A stretch of DNA of 64,000 bases from a virus, in the IMG/VR virus record IMGVR_UViG_3300017992_000021, positions 13,060-77,059 of that record; one strand, 5' to 3'. A model generated the notes under the pieces. It was not told the origin of the DNA and ran no database searches. It was given only the letters and a program-made list of their open reading frames with translations. Positions 31,342-40,214 of the stretch are shown one piece after another. The first letter of the stretch is position 1. Each line of letters begins with the position of its first letter. Made by a program: the position numbers and the translations under genes.

Positions 31342-31977
31342 TTATCCCCCCGGTCCGACAGGCATACGATTCACCTGAGAAACCAGATCACCTGCACTCG
31401 CAGTTTCGAGGTTGGCAGCGTTAACGACAGACCATGGCGCACCTGTCGGTACACCGGTTAGCTTGGCCATCGCTATGTCTATTTTTTGTGCCACTTGGAG
31501 TCTCTTCTGCGCTTTCTCATCCTCAGATACGGGCCTGCTACGTCGTGGCGCAGGCGCATATTCTGCTGGATTATTTACGATTGGCTCCCCGGTAATCATT
31601 CCGTGCATTAACTCAAGCTGATATTCCAGATCCTCAGAGTGAGCTTGTGCTTGTTCGCCTACTCGCTGAGCCTGTTCGCCCACCTCCTTGGATATCAGAG
31701 AGCCCATTGTGAGCAGCATCAGCATGCTCTGGGTCCTCTGATCGTCAATGGCCTTCTTGATGGAAATAAGCAGGTAGGTTTTAAAGTCCTTCAAGGTCAT
31801 GTTCAGCCGAATATCATCGAGACTGAACCCGTTGGAGACCAGTACCTGCTCAGCTTGAGCGAAACTCAGCCGCTCGCCGCCTAGTCCTTCTAGGCGTCCA
31901 CCGTCGTCAATTGCGCGCTGGAGTCTTCTGCCGGGGTCTCCGTCTTCTTCGTCAGAAACTCCAGTTTCTGTTTTAGG
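31342..31977 (-). CDS. tail assembly chaperone T segment (gpGT, -1 frameshift product)
   Basis: Frame stays open upstream of ATG 31800 and overlaps the end of gpG in the -1 frame. Confidence 0.7.
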   Translation of the reverse strand, partial: PKTETGVSDEEDGDPGRRLQRAIDDGGRLEGLGGERLSFAQAEQVLVSNGFSLDDIRLNMTLKDFKTYLLISIKKAIDDQRTQSMLMLLTMGSLISKEVGEQAQRVGEQAQAHSEDLEYQLELMHGMITGEPIVNNPAEYAPAPRRSRPVSEDEKAQKRLQVAQKIDIAMAKLTGVPTGAPWSVVNAANLETASAGDLVSQVNRMPVGPGG

Positions 31978-32375
31978 CTGCCGTCCTCCACGTTGACCTT
32001 GTACACGGCCTGCGTTAGCGTTATTACATCGCCCATGGAGAGGTTCTCGGTGTCTTCCTTCTTGAGACCGTGGTAATTCTTGTCCTCTTCCTCGACGGTA
32101 GACGTGCAGATAATATCGACGAGTTCGTCGTAATTATTTTCCGCAATCTCAAGGATGACGTCGAGCCAGTCCACAGCCTTACCCAGATCAAGCAAACCGT
32201 CCTCTGACCGCAGGCTGCCTAAATCGAGCACGTTACGCTCTCTAAGCACGCTGAGGATCTTTCGGAATTTACCCATCACCGTCACGGCGCGAAACGCCGT
32301 GAATTCCTGAATGAGCAAAACCCTCCCGCTGCTCAGTTCGACTTCGGTTGAAGCCGCTGTTTCAATCCGCTTCAT
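31890..32375 (-). CDS. tail assembly chaperone gpG
   Basis: Between tail tube and TMP; RBS GGAGG before ATG 32375. Confidence 0.75.
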   Translation of the reverse strand: MKRIETAASTEVELSSGRVLLIQEFTAFRAVTVMGKFRKILSVLRERNVLDLGSLRSEDGLLDLGKAVDWLDVILEIAENNYDELVDIICTSTVEEEDKNYHGLKKEDTENLSMGDVITLTQAVYKVNVEDGSLKQKLEFLTKKTETPAEDSSAQLTTVDA

Positions 32376-32464
32376 TTTTCCTCCAGAAAATCGTTGAAAA
32401 AACCGACACAAGAAGTTCCGCAACTTCTAATAGCCATAATAGCTAATTCGGATAATGAAGTGGG

Positions 32465-32493
32465 AAAGAAAAAGGGCTGCCGAAGCAGCCCTT
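32465..32493 (-). terminator. rho-independent terminator after the tail tube gene
   Basis: AAGGGCTGC-TTCG-GCAGCCCTT followed by TTTCTTT. Confidence 0.85.
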
Positions 32494-32518
32494 ATTCCGC
32501 AAAGGATTAGAGCATCCT

Positions 32519-33736
32519 TTAGACGCAGGAGCCCTGCGGGGATACATAGAAGTCGCGGAAGTCCTTGAACAGCACGAAACGGCCACGACGGCCAATACCG
32601 TCGTCGAGGATCGTGCATGTGATCCCGGCTTTCATGAATTCCTGCGGGTTGACAGTGATGGCGCCATTCAGAGCGATGGAGACATTGTAGAACTCGTAGA
32701 ACCCTTGCGGGCCGTTGTTCGACAAAATCTGCACACGCAGCGCACCCTGAAGTGCGATGCCGTCCTGAAGGCTGTAATCACACGCCTCGCGAGTGAAGCT
32801 GTACACAATGCGGACCTGACCACCGTCAGGGATGGCACCCGTGCCAATGCGCTCGATCGTAGCGGCGGAAGTCGCCACTGCAGAAGCGAACGAGAACGGG
32901 CCGCCACCGAGATCGGTGTCGAGGTTGCCAGTTGCCGTGATGTCATCAGGATCAACGCCGTCGAGGGCGTTGGCATTGATGGTGACCACAGAACCGGCGA
33001 CAGTCGCATGGAAGTACGTACCGGCGTAGGCATTAACCGCCTCCGCAAGAGCGGCGGCGAGTTCGCCCGTAGTACCGAGGCTAGCTTCAAAATTTGAGGT
33101 AGCGGTAAGAGTGATCGTACCGCCAGTCTCTGGATTCGGAAGAACAAGCGTATCGGTACCGCCGTACGTAACACCACTAACCGTGATCGCCACGGTCGAG
33201 TGCGTACCGGCCACTGCTGCCGTAGGTGTGTAGTCCGTGCCAGAAACGTACTGTACAGAACCATTGAGGTTTGTGACCTCGATGATTGTGGTCGCACGGT
33301 TACTGAGAGCGCCACCAGTGACGCCTTCGACCGCTACCGGTGCGTAGGCTTCGGCGGTGGTACCGCTCAGGCGGACACGGGCTGCCTCGTACACCGTTGC
33401 CGAATTGGCGGCGGTGTCATTACGATCAACGATCGTGGCAGAGCGGAACATGATTTCGAGGTTACGGCCAACCAACTCTGTCATCGACAGGTTGATTTCA
33501 CCGGCATTCTCTCCGACCATGCGCCGTACGGTCGAGTAGATACCCAACCGGGCCGACTTCTTTTCAACGAAGTTCTCAGTGATGTTGAGTTCAATGTCCT
33601 CAACGTCGCCGAGTTCGAAATACTGCCCTTGGGTGTTGTTAGCATCGAAGGGAGCAAACCACGCTGAAATGCGAGACGGGAGAGTAAGATTCTGCGGATT
33701 GAATGGCCGCACAACTTCGCGTGCTATTGCAGGCAT
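32519..33736 (-). CDS. major tail tube protein with Ig-like/decoration insertion
   Basis: Position and following terminator; YFELGDVEDIELNITE and GALRVQ...YEFYNVSI tube-like halves flanking a Thr/Gly-rich insert. Confidence 0.8.
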   Translation of the reverse strand: MPAIAREVVRPFNPQNLTLPSRISAWFAPFDANNTQGQYFELGDVEDIELNITENFVEKKSARLGIYSTVRRMVGENAGEINLSMTELVGRNLEIMFRSATIVDRNDTAANSATVYEAARVRLSGTTAEAYAPVAVEGVTGGALSNRATTIIEVTNLNGSVQYVSGTDYTPTAAVAGTHSTVAITVSGVTYGGTDTLVLPNPETGGTITLTATSNFEASLGTTGELAAALAEAVNAYAGTYFHATVAGSVVTINANALDGVDPDDITATGNLDTDLGGGPFSFASAVATSAATIERIGTGAIPDGGQVRIVYSFTREACDYSLQDGIALQGALRVQILSNNGPQGFYEFYNVSIALNGAITVNPQEFMKAGITCTILDDGIGRRGRFVLFKDFRDFYVSPQGSCV

Positions 33737-33751
33737 TTGATTCTCCCAATG

Positions 33752-34366
33752 TTACGTAGAACGACTGTACAAAAGCTGGAGCCTAAAAGTTGCTTTCGCA
33801 AGGCCGCTCTCTGAGATTTCGAATATCTGGGGTTCTTCGATAGGGAAGCAACGATGGACTACCAAATCCGGTTCGCTGACATCAAGCAATTGGCCGTCTT
33901 CCCCGTACTTTTTACGTAGAACCTCAAAACTCGCATCATCAAAGAACAAGCTCCAGAGCCGTTGTGCGACGTCCATCGCACGCTGGGTTGGCGCTGATTC
34001 GACAACAACTCGAACCAGACCGGGCGTACCCGACTTGTGAAGCCGGGAGCCAAAGACATCGGTAGTTACGCCGTCCGACATAAAACTAACCATAGTCTTC
34101 TGATAATCATCATCGGTGGTAATTTCATTGGTTGTCAACCAATAAAACAGATTTTCCCCAATTACCGCCGGAATATAATCGGTGATCCCGTACTGAGCGC
34201 AGACGTCTTCCTCTCGATCGGGAATATCAACGGGCCACTGCATTGCCTCCAGATATAACGCAACACCCTGTCCGAGTGTATTTCGCGGGCCTTTTGCGAA
34301 ATCTGTCGGAAATTTAGACCGAATATAAATCTCGATCTGGTGTTCTTGTCCGGTAGGTTGCGCCAT
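33752..34366 (-). CDS. putative tail terminator / tail completion protein
   Basis: Directly upstream of the tail tube gene. Confidence 0.55.
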   Translation of the reverse strand: MAQPTGQEHQIEIYIRSKFPTDFAKGPRNTLGQGVALYLEAMQWPVDIPDREEDVCAQYGITDYIPAVIGENLFYWLTTNEITTDDDYQKTMVSFMSDGVTTDVFGSRLHKSGTPGLVRVVVESAPTQRAMDVAQRLWSLFFDDASFEVLRKKYGEDGQLLDVSEPDLVVHRCFPIEEPQIFEISESGLAKATFRLQLLYSRST

Positions 34367-34830
34367 TAGTAACCCCAACGTCTACGCTGCACACCCGGCG
34401 GTGGCGGTGGTTCATCACTGACGTCCGTAAGCACATAATCCTCATCGGGATCGAAGCTAGTGCGCTTCTGGGTCGGCTGTAAAGGCATATCTTGCCGCAC
34501 CAACCTGAGATCATACGTAGACGAACCGCCTAGCATGCTCTCACCAACCTTGAAATCATAGACCTTGAAGTAGTGCGTAGGGTCATGCTTAAACCGCAGG
34601 TACATCCCGGCGTGTAATTTCTGCACGACGTCAGGAGTCTGAGGTACCGACATCGTGGCATCGATTTGTATCTTGGTATTTTTTCCGGTTGAGATGAACT
34701 TCGTTTCTTCGTGCATGTAGCACGGCCAGTAAACGTCGATCTCATCATCCTTCAGGACGTTCTTGTGCTTACGCGCACGCACGACGTCCACAGGAACAAT
34801 TGCTTCAACCGTATGTGGATTCTGAAACAC
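34366..34830 (-). CDS. putative head closure (stopper) protein
   Basis: Neck module position; predicted beta-rich; size. Confidence 0.5.
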   Translation of the reverse strand: MFQNPHTVEAIVPVDVVRARKHKNVLKDDEIDVYWPCYMHEETKFISTGKNTKIQIDATMSVPQTPDVVQKLHAGMYLRFKHDPTHYFKVYDFKVGESMLGGSSTYDLRLVRQDMPLQPTQKRTSFDPDEDYVLTDVSDEPPPPPGVQRRRWGY

Positions 34831-34831
34831 G

Positions 34832-35710
34832 TTATTCGCCTTTCAGTCTCTTAACGACCTGCAGCGTTTTCGACGCCGCAAAGGCTAGTAACGCGGGTAG
34901 CGCCAGTACGCCCGCTGCCGTAGATCCGAAAACCAAACCCCCGGCTAGTGCGAGTAGGGCGCCAGCACCGCCAACCATGAACAGCAGTTCCTGCGCGTCC
35001 CGGCGAGTTCCGACACCCTTGCCGATGCGCCGGACTTGCTTGCTCATTTTCTGGACCTTGATAGCCCTGCGACGTAGTTCCCGCAGTTCCTGTTCGGTAT
35101 GCGTGGCCTTAGCTGTCCGCTGCCGCACACCACTAAACTCTTCCGCCGCCTGCTTGCCGCGCGCTGACGGGCTCCGCTGCATGATGTTCTTCAATTCCCG
35201 CTCAACGGCGTCGACCACCTTGCGGAAAGATTCGAGAATGTATATCTCGGAGGTTAACAGAGCCAGAATTTCTGTGGCTGCCATTTCAATCTGCGTCACA
35301 GAGTTCACGATATCCGCTACAGCGCGTTGCTCAGCTACCGTTAATTCACGTTGTTCAATGACGGCTTTAGGGTCGATCTGCTCCAGAGCGAAATTCACCC
35401 CCGCGAATTTCTCCTTGCCGGGGATGTTAAGTACATCTGGAGCAGGCTTCCCCTCCTTGGCGGCCTTCAGTCGAACATCTTCGAGCTTTTTGAGGGCCTT
35501 GGTCAGATTCCTATCAGTGTTGAACAGCGCCCGCACCAATTTACCGACCTGATTCTTCAACGCGTCCGTGAGAATATCGAGGCGTTTGACGGATTTGTTT
35601 TTCGTGCGTTCCGCCTTCTCGATACGAGCATCTAGCTCCTCGATCGCACGAGTGCCTTTTTCGACAAGCGTAACATCTACAGTCGGCTCAACGCCTCTAA
35701 TAGTAGGCAT
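34832..35710 (-). CDS. coiled-coil protein with C-terminal transmembrane segment
   Basis: Start MPTIRG at 35710 (TAATG overlap); basic coiled coil; LLFMVGGAGALLALAGGLVFG...LPALLAFA. Confidence 0.65.
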   Translation of the reverse strand: MPTIRGVEPTVDVTLVEKGTRAIEELDARIEKAERTKNKSVKRLDILTDALKNQVGKLVRALFNTDRNLTKALKKLEDVRLKAAKEGKPAPDVLNIPGKEKFAGVNFALEQIDPKAVIEQRELTVAEQRAVADIVNSVTQIEMAATEILALLTSEIYILESFRKVVDAVERELKNIMQRSPSARGKQAAEEFSGVRQRTAKATHTEQELRELRRRAIKVQKMSKQVRRIGKGVGTRRDAQELLFMVGGAGALLALAGGLVFGSTAAGVLALPALLAFAASKTLQVVKRLKGE

Positions 35711-36549
35711 TACAGACTCCCCGGATGATCGACGACCGTAGTCGCCAAATACGGCTTGAGGAAATGGTACGCTTCTTGACACAACCGGTGCTGCCGGGCC
35801 TCCTTGAGATCCCATGTCTCGTTGGAGTCCCCCCGAGATAATCCAGTAAGGCCCTGAGATTGAAGATCCCGGCGAGCATCGATGTCGTGCGCCCGATCGT
35901 CCTGTTGCATGAGATACAACGCCTGCACCGCACACGCGTGCTTCAGCGAGACCGGCAGGATTTCCGACGTAGTAGAAAATGCCGCGTACACCTCGCTGGC
36001 ATCGAATATACGCGGGAACTGCCGTGAAGCGCGCTCGGCATCAAATGCATAAACACGCAGCTTGCGGCCCTTGTACTTCTCACGGTCAATGTCATCACTG
36101 GCCGTGATCAGGTACCGTAACGCTTTACCGGAATCCGGCACCGCAAGGCGCTCCCACATCTCCCAGTCACGCCGCGTCTGGAAGAACTGTGTCGCCTCCG
36201 CAAGTGTGGCATACGCCTCGCGACCCTCAGGAACTGTCACAGCAAAATTGGTGTTGAAGAGTTCTTCTTCAACCCAGACGACTGTCTGGCTCCCAACCAG
36301 CGACGTGCCTGTATATTCGAAGAACACATACTCACCGGGGAACTTCTCGCGATCGCTGACATCGTAATCGGTGATCTTGTAGGCGTAGTCGCTGCCCGTG
36401 ATCACCTGCGTAATGCCTGCTGGGTAAACCAGCGTGTCCTGCAGTGCCCAACGCTGATTACGTACCGCGACGCTTAACGCCGAAAGCTGCACACCGTCTC
36501 CGGTGGCAGGATTTACCAGACGACTGGTAATCGTTACTTGATCAGCCAT
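35710..36549 (-). CDS. head-tail adaptor (DnaT-like family) with extra N-terminal domain
   Basis: YATLAEATQFF...ASDDID...KGRK...QFPR...LKHACAVQALYL...A..FLKPYL pattern. Confidence 0.75.
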   Translation of the reverse strand: MADQVTITSRLVNPATGDGVQLSALSVAVRNQRWALQDTLVYPAGITQVITGSDYAYKITDYDVSDREKFPGEYVFFEYTGTSLVGSQTVVWVEEELFNTNFAVTVPEGREAYATLAEATQFFQTRRDWEMWERLAVPDSGKALRYLITASDDIDREKYKGRKLRVYAFDAERASRQFPRIFDASEVYAAFSTTSEILPVSLKHACAVQALYLMQQDDRAHDIDARRDLQSQGLTGLSRGDSNETWDLKEARQHRLCQEAYHFLKPYLATTVVDHPGSL

Positions 36550-36562
36550 GACGGCCTACTTT

Positions 36563-37066
36563 CTAGGGCTCGTCGTACACGCCCCGCTTGCGTTCGGTCT
36601 TGAATCGCCGCAGGCCCTCCTTCGCGCCTTCCTTGAGAAGTACGCGGCTGGGCTTGACTGTGCCTTCGGAAGTCGGGAGGTTGATATCGAGGGGCTCATC
36701 GTGGACGTACTTGTCGTGCTCCCAGCCATCCTTTTCTTTGATCTTGATGCGGTTGCCCTTCTCATCGACCTCAAAGTGCGTTGAATTAGTCTGCTTCCAA
36801 CCGCCAATAACACGCGCGGGGATATCCCGGATTTCTCCGACAGCCGACTTAGCCGCTTGCTTGAGCGCCTCATCCCAACTTTCGAAATTGCGCTCCAAAC
36901 CGCGATCGCAGCAGCAGTACCCATCGTTGCGGCCAGTGCGCGGCACATAGTAATCGGCTTCATAACGATCGAGGCCGGTGCGGTGTACGTGAACTCGGGC
37001 AACTCCTACGCCGAAAGAACCCTCGATGCGGAGTTCGAAAGAAGCATGTTGTAAAATTAGCGGCAT
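36563..37066 (-). CDS. hypothetical protein (possible moron with its own -10 TATACT)
   Basis: RBS GGAGG; upstream CGTATATACT. Confidence 0.6.
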   Translation of the reverse strand: MPLILQHASFELRIEGSFGVGVARVHVHRTGLDRYEADYYVPRTGRNDGYCCCDRGLERNFESWDEALKQAAKSAVGEIRDIPARVIGGWKQTNSTHFEVDEKGNRIKIKEKDGWEHDKYVHDEPLDINLPTSEGTVKPSRVLLKEGAKEGLRRFKTERKRGVYDEP

Positions 37067-37113
37067 GAATATTCCTCCAGAAAAATCTTCTGTAGTATAT
37101 ACGGTCGGCGAGG

Positions 37114-37518
37114 CTAGTCGTCGAAATCCAAAACGTTGGTCAATCCCCGTTGCCAGCTACGCATCGCTCTAACAGCACGCTCTACGACGGTCTCTACACG
37201 AGTCGTAGCCGCATCAAAATCTTCCGTATCGTGGCGGGTTTCACTGACAACGACATTTGCGGCTGCGGTAATCGTATTTGCGTGTTTTTCACTGAGAGTT
37301 TCGGCTCTCTGGAATTTCGATGCTTGCAGCTTACGCACCTTGATAAACACATCTTCCACGGCTTCATTCAGTTCGTCTTGGAGATCGTTGGCGTGGCCGA
37401 ACCACTTATCCCGAGCCTCGTCATCATTGACGGAGCTTGGTTTCGCGTTCTTGAAGAGGACCAACTTTTTATTGATCCTTGAAATGTTGTCTTCCAGTAT
37501 TTTCGTGTTAGCCATCAC
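37114..37518 (-). CDS. hypothetical helical protein
   Basis: Coupled to the upstream neck gene. Confidence 0.6.
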   Translation of the reverse strand: MMANTKILEDNISRINKKLVLFKNAKPSSVNDDEARDKWFGHANDLQDELNEAVEDVFIKVRKLQASKFQRAETLSEKHANTITAAANVVVSETRHDTEDFDAATTRVETVVERAVRAMRSWQRGLTNVLDFDD

Positions 37519-37919
37519 AGGTCCCCCTTTAGATCGATGTACCGCTGCATTTCGAACGTGAAAAGCCGCTGATAGAAATCCCCGAACATCTCCAGCGGCT
37601 TTGTCAGATAGCGCGCCGCTCCGAAAAAGCCGAGGCTCGGATGGTTGTACGGGATCTCGTGCTGCCTCTCGGCGTATTCGAGGTCGTACACAACCCTAAC
37701 CATAGATACGGCTTGCTTCAACGTGGGGAAAATTTCAACTTTCCCACTATCTTTGAGAGCACCTGTTAAGACGGGAACGAAGGCTTTGCTGTCGGCTAGA
37801 AGGCGCCTAGCCACTTGAACGAGGGCGTGTTCGGCTGCATCAGCTAAACGGTTTTTCAATTCACGCACTTTCACGCGAGAATTAACTGTAACCGCGAACG
37901 AGCCCTCGATCGGTGGCAT
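37515..37919 (-). CDS. HK97 gp10-like / minor capsid neck protein
   Basis: VPVLTGALKDSG...YAERQHE...ARYLTKPL. Confidence 0.8.
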   Translation of the reverse strand: MPPIEGSFAVTVNSRVKVRELKNRLADAAEHALVQVARRLLADSKAFVPVLTGALKDSGKVEIFPTLKQAVSMVRVVYDLEYAERQHEIPYNHPSLGFFGAARYLTKPLEMFGDFYQRLFTFEMQRYIDLKGDL

Positions 37920-37925
37920 ATCTGT

Positions 37926-38927
37926 CTATCGTCCTTCTGCTGGGGGTGGCGGTGTCGGCAATCCCGCAGAAGCCGCCTCGGTCTCACCCTTTGCCGCAGC
38001 ATTTGTTTGCGGCGATACTGTCGCATCCGTCACAGCTTCGTCAGGCGTAGATGGTGCCTGCTTGAGAGTCTTGTCGGGAGCCATTGACGTCTTTTGTGGG
38101 GATTGGCCCTCTACGTGTGATGTTTGCGTGATGGCTGGCGCCGGGACCTGACCCTGCGGTTGCGGGGTTTGCTGAGGCTGCGCGGGTTGCTGCTGCCTCT
38201 GCCCCTTGGGATCGAGGTTCACGAGCACAGGATTTCCGCCGGTCGGCGACTGTACCGACGTAACCTGCGAGTTGAACCGCGCAGAATGGTCGGTCTTGGA
38301 ATTCAGTTCTTCCTGTGTCGGATCACGGAACGGCATAAATGCGATTTGCACGCGCTCCTCAGGTGCAAGCTCCTTGAGCATTACCACCTTGCGGCCCGTG
38401 TTCGAATCGATGCTGATATTCGTATCCTCGATCTTTTCGGAGTAGATGTAGTTCTTGACCTGATTCATCAGTTGCAGAACCAACTTCACAGGCACCTTCC
38501 GAATTTCCCAAGGTACGAATTCGTGGCGTGACCGCTCCCACAGTACGGTGACGGTCCTACTGGTGCAGACGTCGATCATCTGCTCCTTCATTGCCCGCAG
38601 CGAGTGCGTACGCTTTGGTTCACGCGTGAAATTCGCGGCCTCCATCACAACCAGCAGCATCGGAATATTTTCATGCGGCTGATAGATGGGTGCCTCGCGC
38701 TGATCGCCCACAAATGTTTGACGAATGAAATCGTTAATACGCCTGCGCGCATTATCAACGACCTCTTGTACGACAGGCTTTTTCATCGGATCAAGGTCCT
38801 GCTGCGTCTGTCCACCGTATGAAGTAGCGGATGCTGCTCCAAACGGCAGGATAGCTGGTCCTTGTGCCCTTTGTGGCGCACCTGCTTGCTGAGCAGGGAG
38901 TCCGGGTTGCGCCGGTAATCCACTCAT
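37926..38927 (-). CDS. hypothetical protein with Pro/Gln-rich disordered termini
   Basis: RBS AGGAG; follows the MCP terminator. Confidence 0.65.
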   Translation of the reverse strand: MSGLPAQPGLPAQQAGAPQRAQGPAILPFGAASATSYGGQTQQDLDPMKKPVVQEVVDNARRRINDFIRQTFVGDQREAPIYQPHENIPMLLVVMEAANFTREPKRTHSLRAMKEQMIDVCTSRTVTVLWERSRHEFVPWEIRKVPVKLVLQLMNQVKNYIYSEKIEDTNISIDSNTGRKVVMLKELAPEERVQIAFMPFRDPTQEELNSKTDHSARFNSQVTSVQSPTGGNPVLVNLDPKGQRQQQPAQPQQTPQPQGQVPAPAITQTSHVEGQSPQKTSMAPDKTLKQAPSTPDEAVTDATVSPQTNAAAKGETEAASAGLPTPPPPAEGR

Positions 38928-38982
38928 GATTTTCTCCTGTACTTTCCAACGAAAAACGAAAAATAGCTGAGATCAGTATAAC

Positions 38983-39012
38983 GAAAGGGGGAAGCTCGTG
39001 CCTCCCCCTTTC
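38983..39012 (-). terminator. hairpin / terminator after MCP
   Basis: GAAAGGGGGAG...CTTCCCCCTTTC; followed by GTTATACT. Confidence 0.65.
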
Positions 39013-39035
39013 TTCCGTTACCGAAAAACCTCGGA

Positions 39036-40052
39036 TTATGAGGTCTGGATGTCACGGATAGAACCCGCCATAAACGGATTCTTGTACTGAAGCTGCGAGT
39101 ACGTCTTCGCGAACATGATGCTCGCGTCCTTGTTACCCGCATCGCGCGGCTCGATCTCGAAATCAAGCAGCATCTTGAACTTCAGCAAGTCGATGTCGAT
39201 GAAGTCCATCCGGCCTTCCTCATACAGAGGAACGCTGATGATGGGAACATCATTGAACATCAGGGCTTCGAAGCCGCCAACGTAGCGCAGTGGGCTAGTT
39301 GACTGGGCAGGTGCGAACGTGTAACGACGATCAACACCGAGCAGCAGACCGAACTGAGTGAACACGTTCGGTGAGCAGAAGATATGCGTGATCTTGCCCT
39401 GACGGACAGCACGCACTTCATTCAGGATCTGGTGCAGAAGCAGTTCCGAGATCGGGCGTGGCGTTCCCGGTGAGACCGGGTTACGCAGCACGAAGGACTG
39501 CCACCACGTGTCAACGGAGCGGTCGATGGTACCGTAAGTACCAACGTCGCCACCGTCGTCAACCATGGCCTGAATGCCGGTGAGGTCGAGGCCAGTCGCA
39601 TCCAGCGAGGCGTGTACGCCGTTGAGATTACCAGCGCCGTCCGACAGACTCTGCAGATTCATGTTTGCCTGAAGCTGCTTGAGGGCCTGCTCGGTGTTTT
39701 CGGCGAGGGAGTCTATGATCGCGCTACGCGACTTGGTAATCGCTTGTGCGAGACCTGAGACCTTGATCGGAACACCATTGAGTTTCCAATCCAGACGTGC
39801 AGTGTCGAACTGCTCGCCGAGATCGTTGCGGTCAATTCCGATGTCTCCGTTTTCGGCGTAGGAGCCCGCTGCTGGATTTCCTGCGTAGTACACCTTCCAA
39901 GTGATGTCCTTCTCGACATACGACTCTTCGGTGGGCTTCAGGAGTTCCATGAACACATTGTTCCGGACGAATGTACGGTAGAAGGTAGGCTCGAACTCCT
40001 CCTTCACCATGACAGCCGCATCGGAAAAATTGAAGCCGACTTCATTCGGCAT
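39036..40052 (-). CDS. major capsid protein (HK97 fold)
   Basis: Follows the scaffold; SDGAGN...LTGIQAMVD...TYGTIDRS...WWQS, GFEALMFNDVPII; start at ATG 40052 after RBS GGGAG. Confidence 0.88.
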   Translation of the reverse strand: MPNEVGFNFSDAAVMVKEEFEPTFYRTFVRNNVFMELLKPTEESYVEKDITWKVYYAGNPAAGSYAENGDIGIDRNDLGEQFDTARLDWKLNGVPIKVSGLAQAITKSRSAIIDSLAENTEQALKQLQANMNLQSLSDGAGNLNGVHASLDATGLDLTGIQAMVDDGGDVGTYGTIDRSVDTWWQSFVLRNPVSPGTPRPISELLLHQILNEVRAVRQGKITHIFCSPNVFTQFGLLLGVDRRYTFAPAQSTSPLRYVGGFEALMFNDVPIISVPLYEEGRMDFIDIDLLKFKMLLDFEIEPRDAGNKDASIMFAKTYSQLQYKNPFMAGSIRDIQTS

Positions 40053-40135
40053 GATGCGTCTCCCTACTTGTAAAAACGCGAACCTAATAATGTCTCTGGT
40101 AGTCCGTGCGCGAGAAAGCCGTCCGGCCATTGCAC

Positions 40136-40168
40136 AAAAGAAACAGGTGCGGAATCCACCGCACCTGT
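40136..40168 (-). terminator. terminator-like hairpin between scaffold and MCP
   Basis: ACAGGTGCGG-TGGATT-CCGCACCTGT followed by TTCTTTT. Confidence 0.7.
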
Positions 40169-40214
40169 AGGGTAATTGAATATTTCAGGTTTTTTCAACC
40201 CCAAAAATCGTTTT

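Noticed and set aside
35711-35935. 75-aa extension of the 34832 ORF
   Set aside because: It overlaps the adaptor gene; the TAATG coupling at 35710 is the better start.
40053-40130. 26-aa N-terminal extension of MCP in the ORF track
   Set aside because: A good RBS precedes ATG 40052; the upstream ATG lies in a structured leader.
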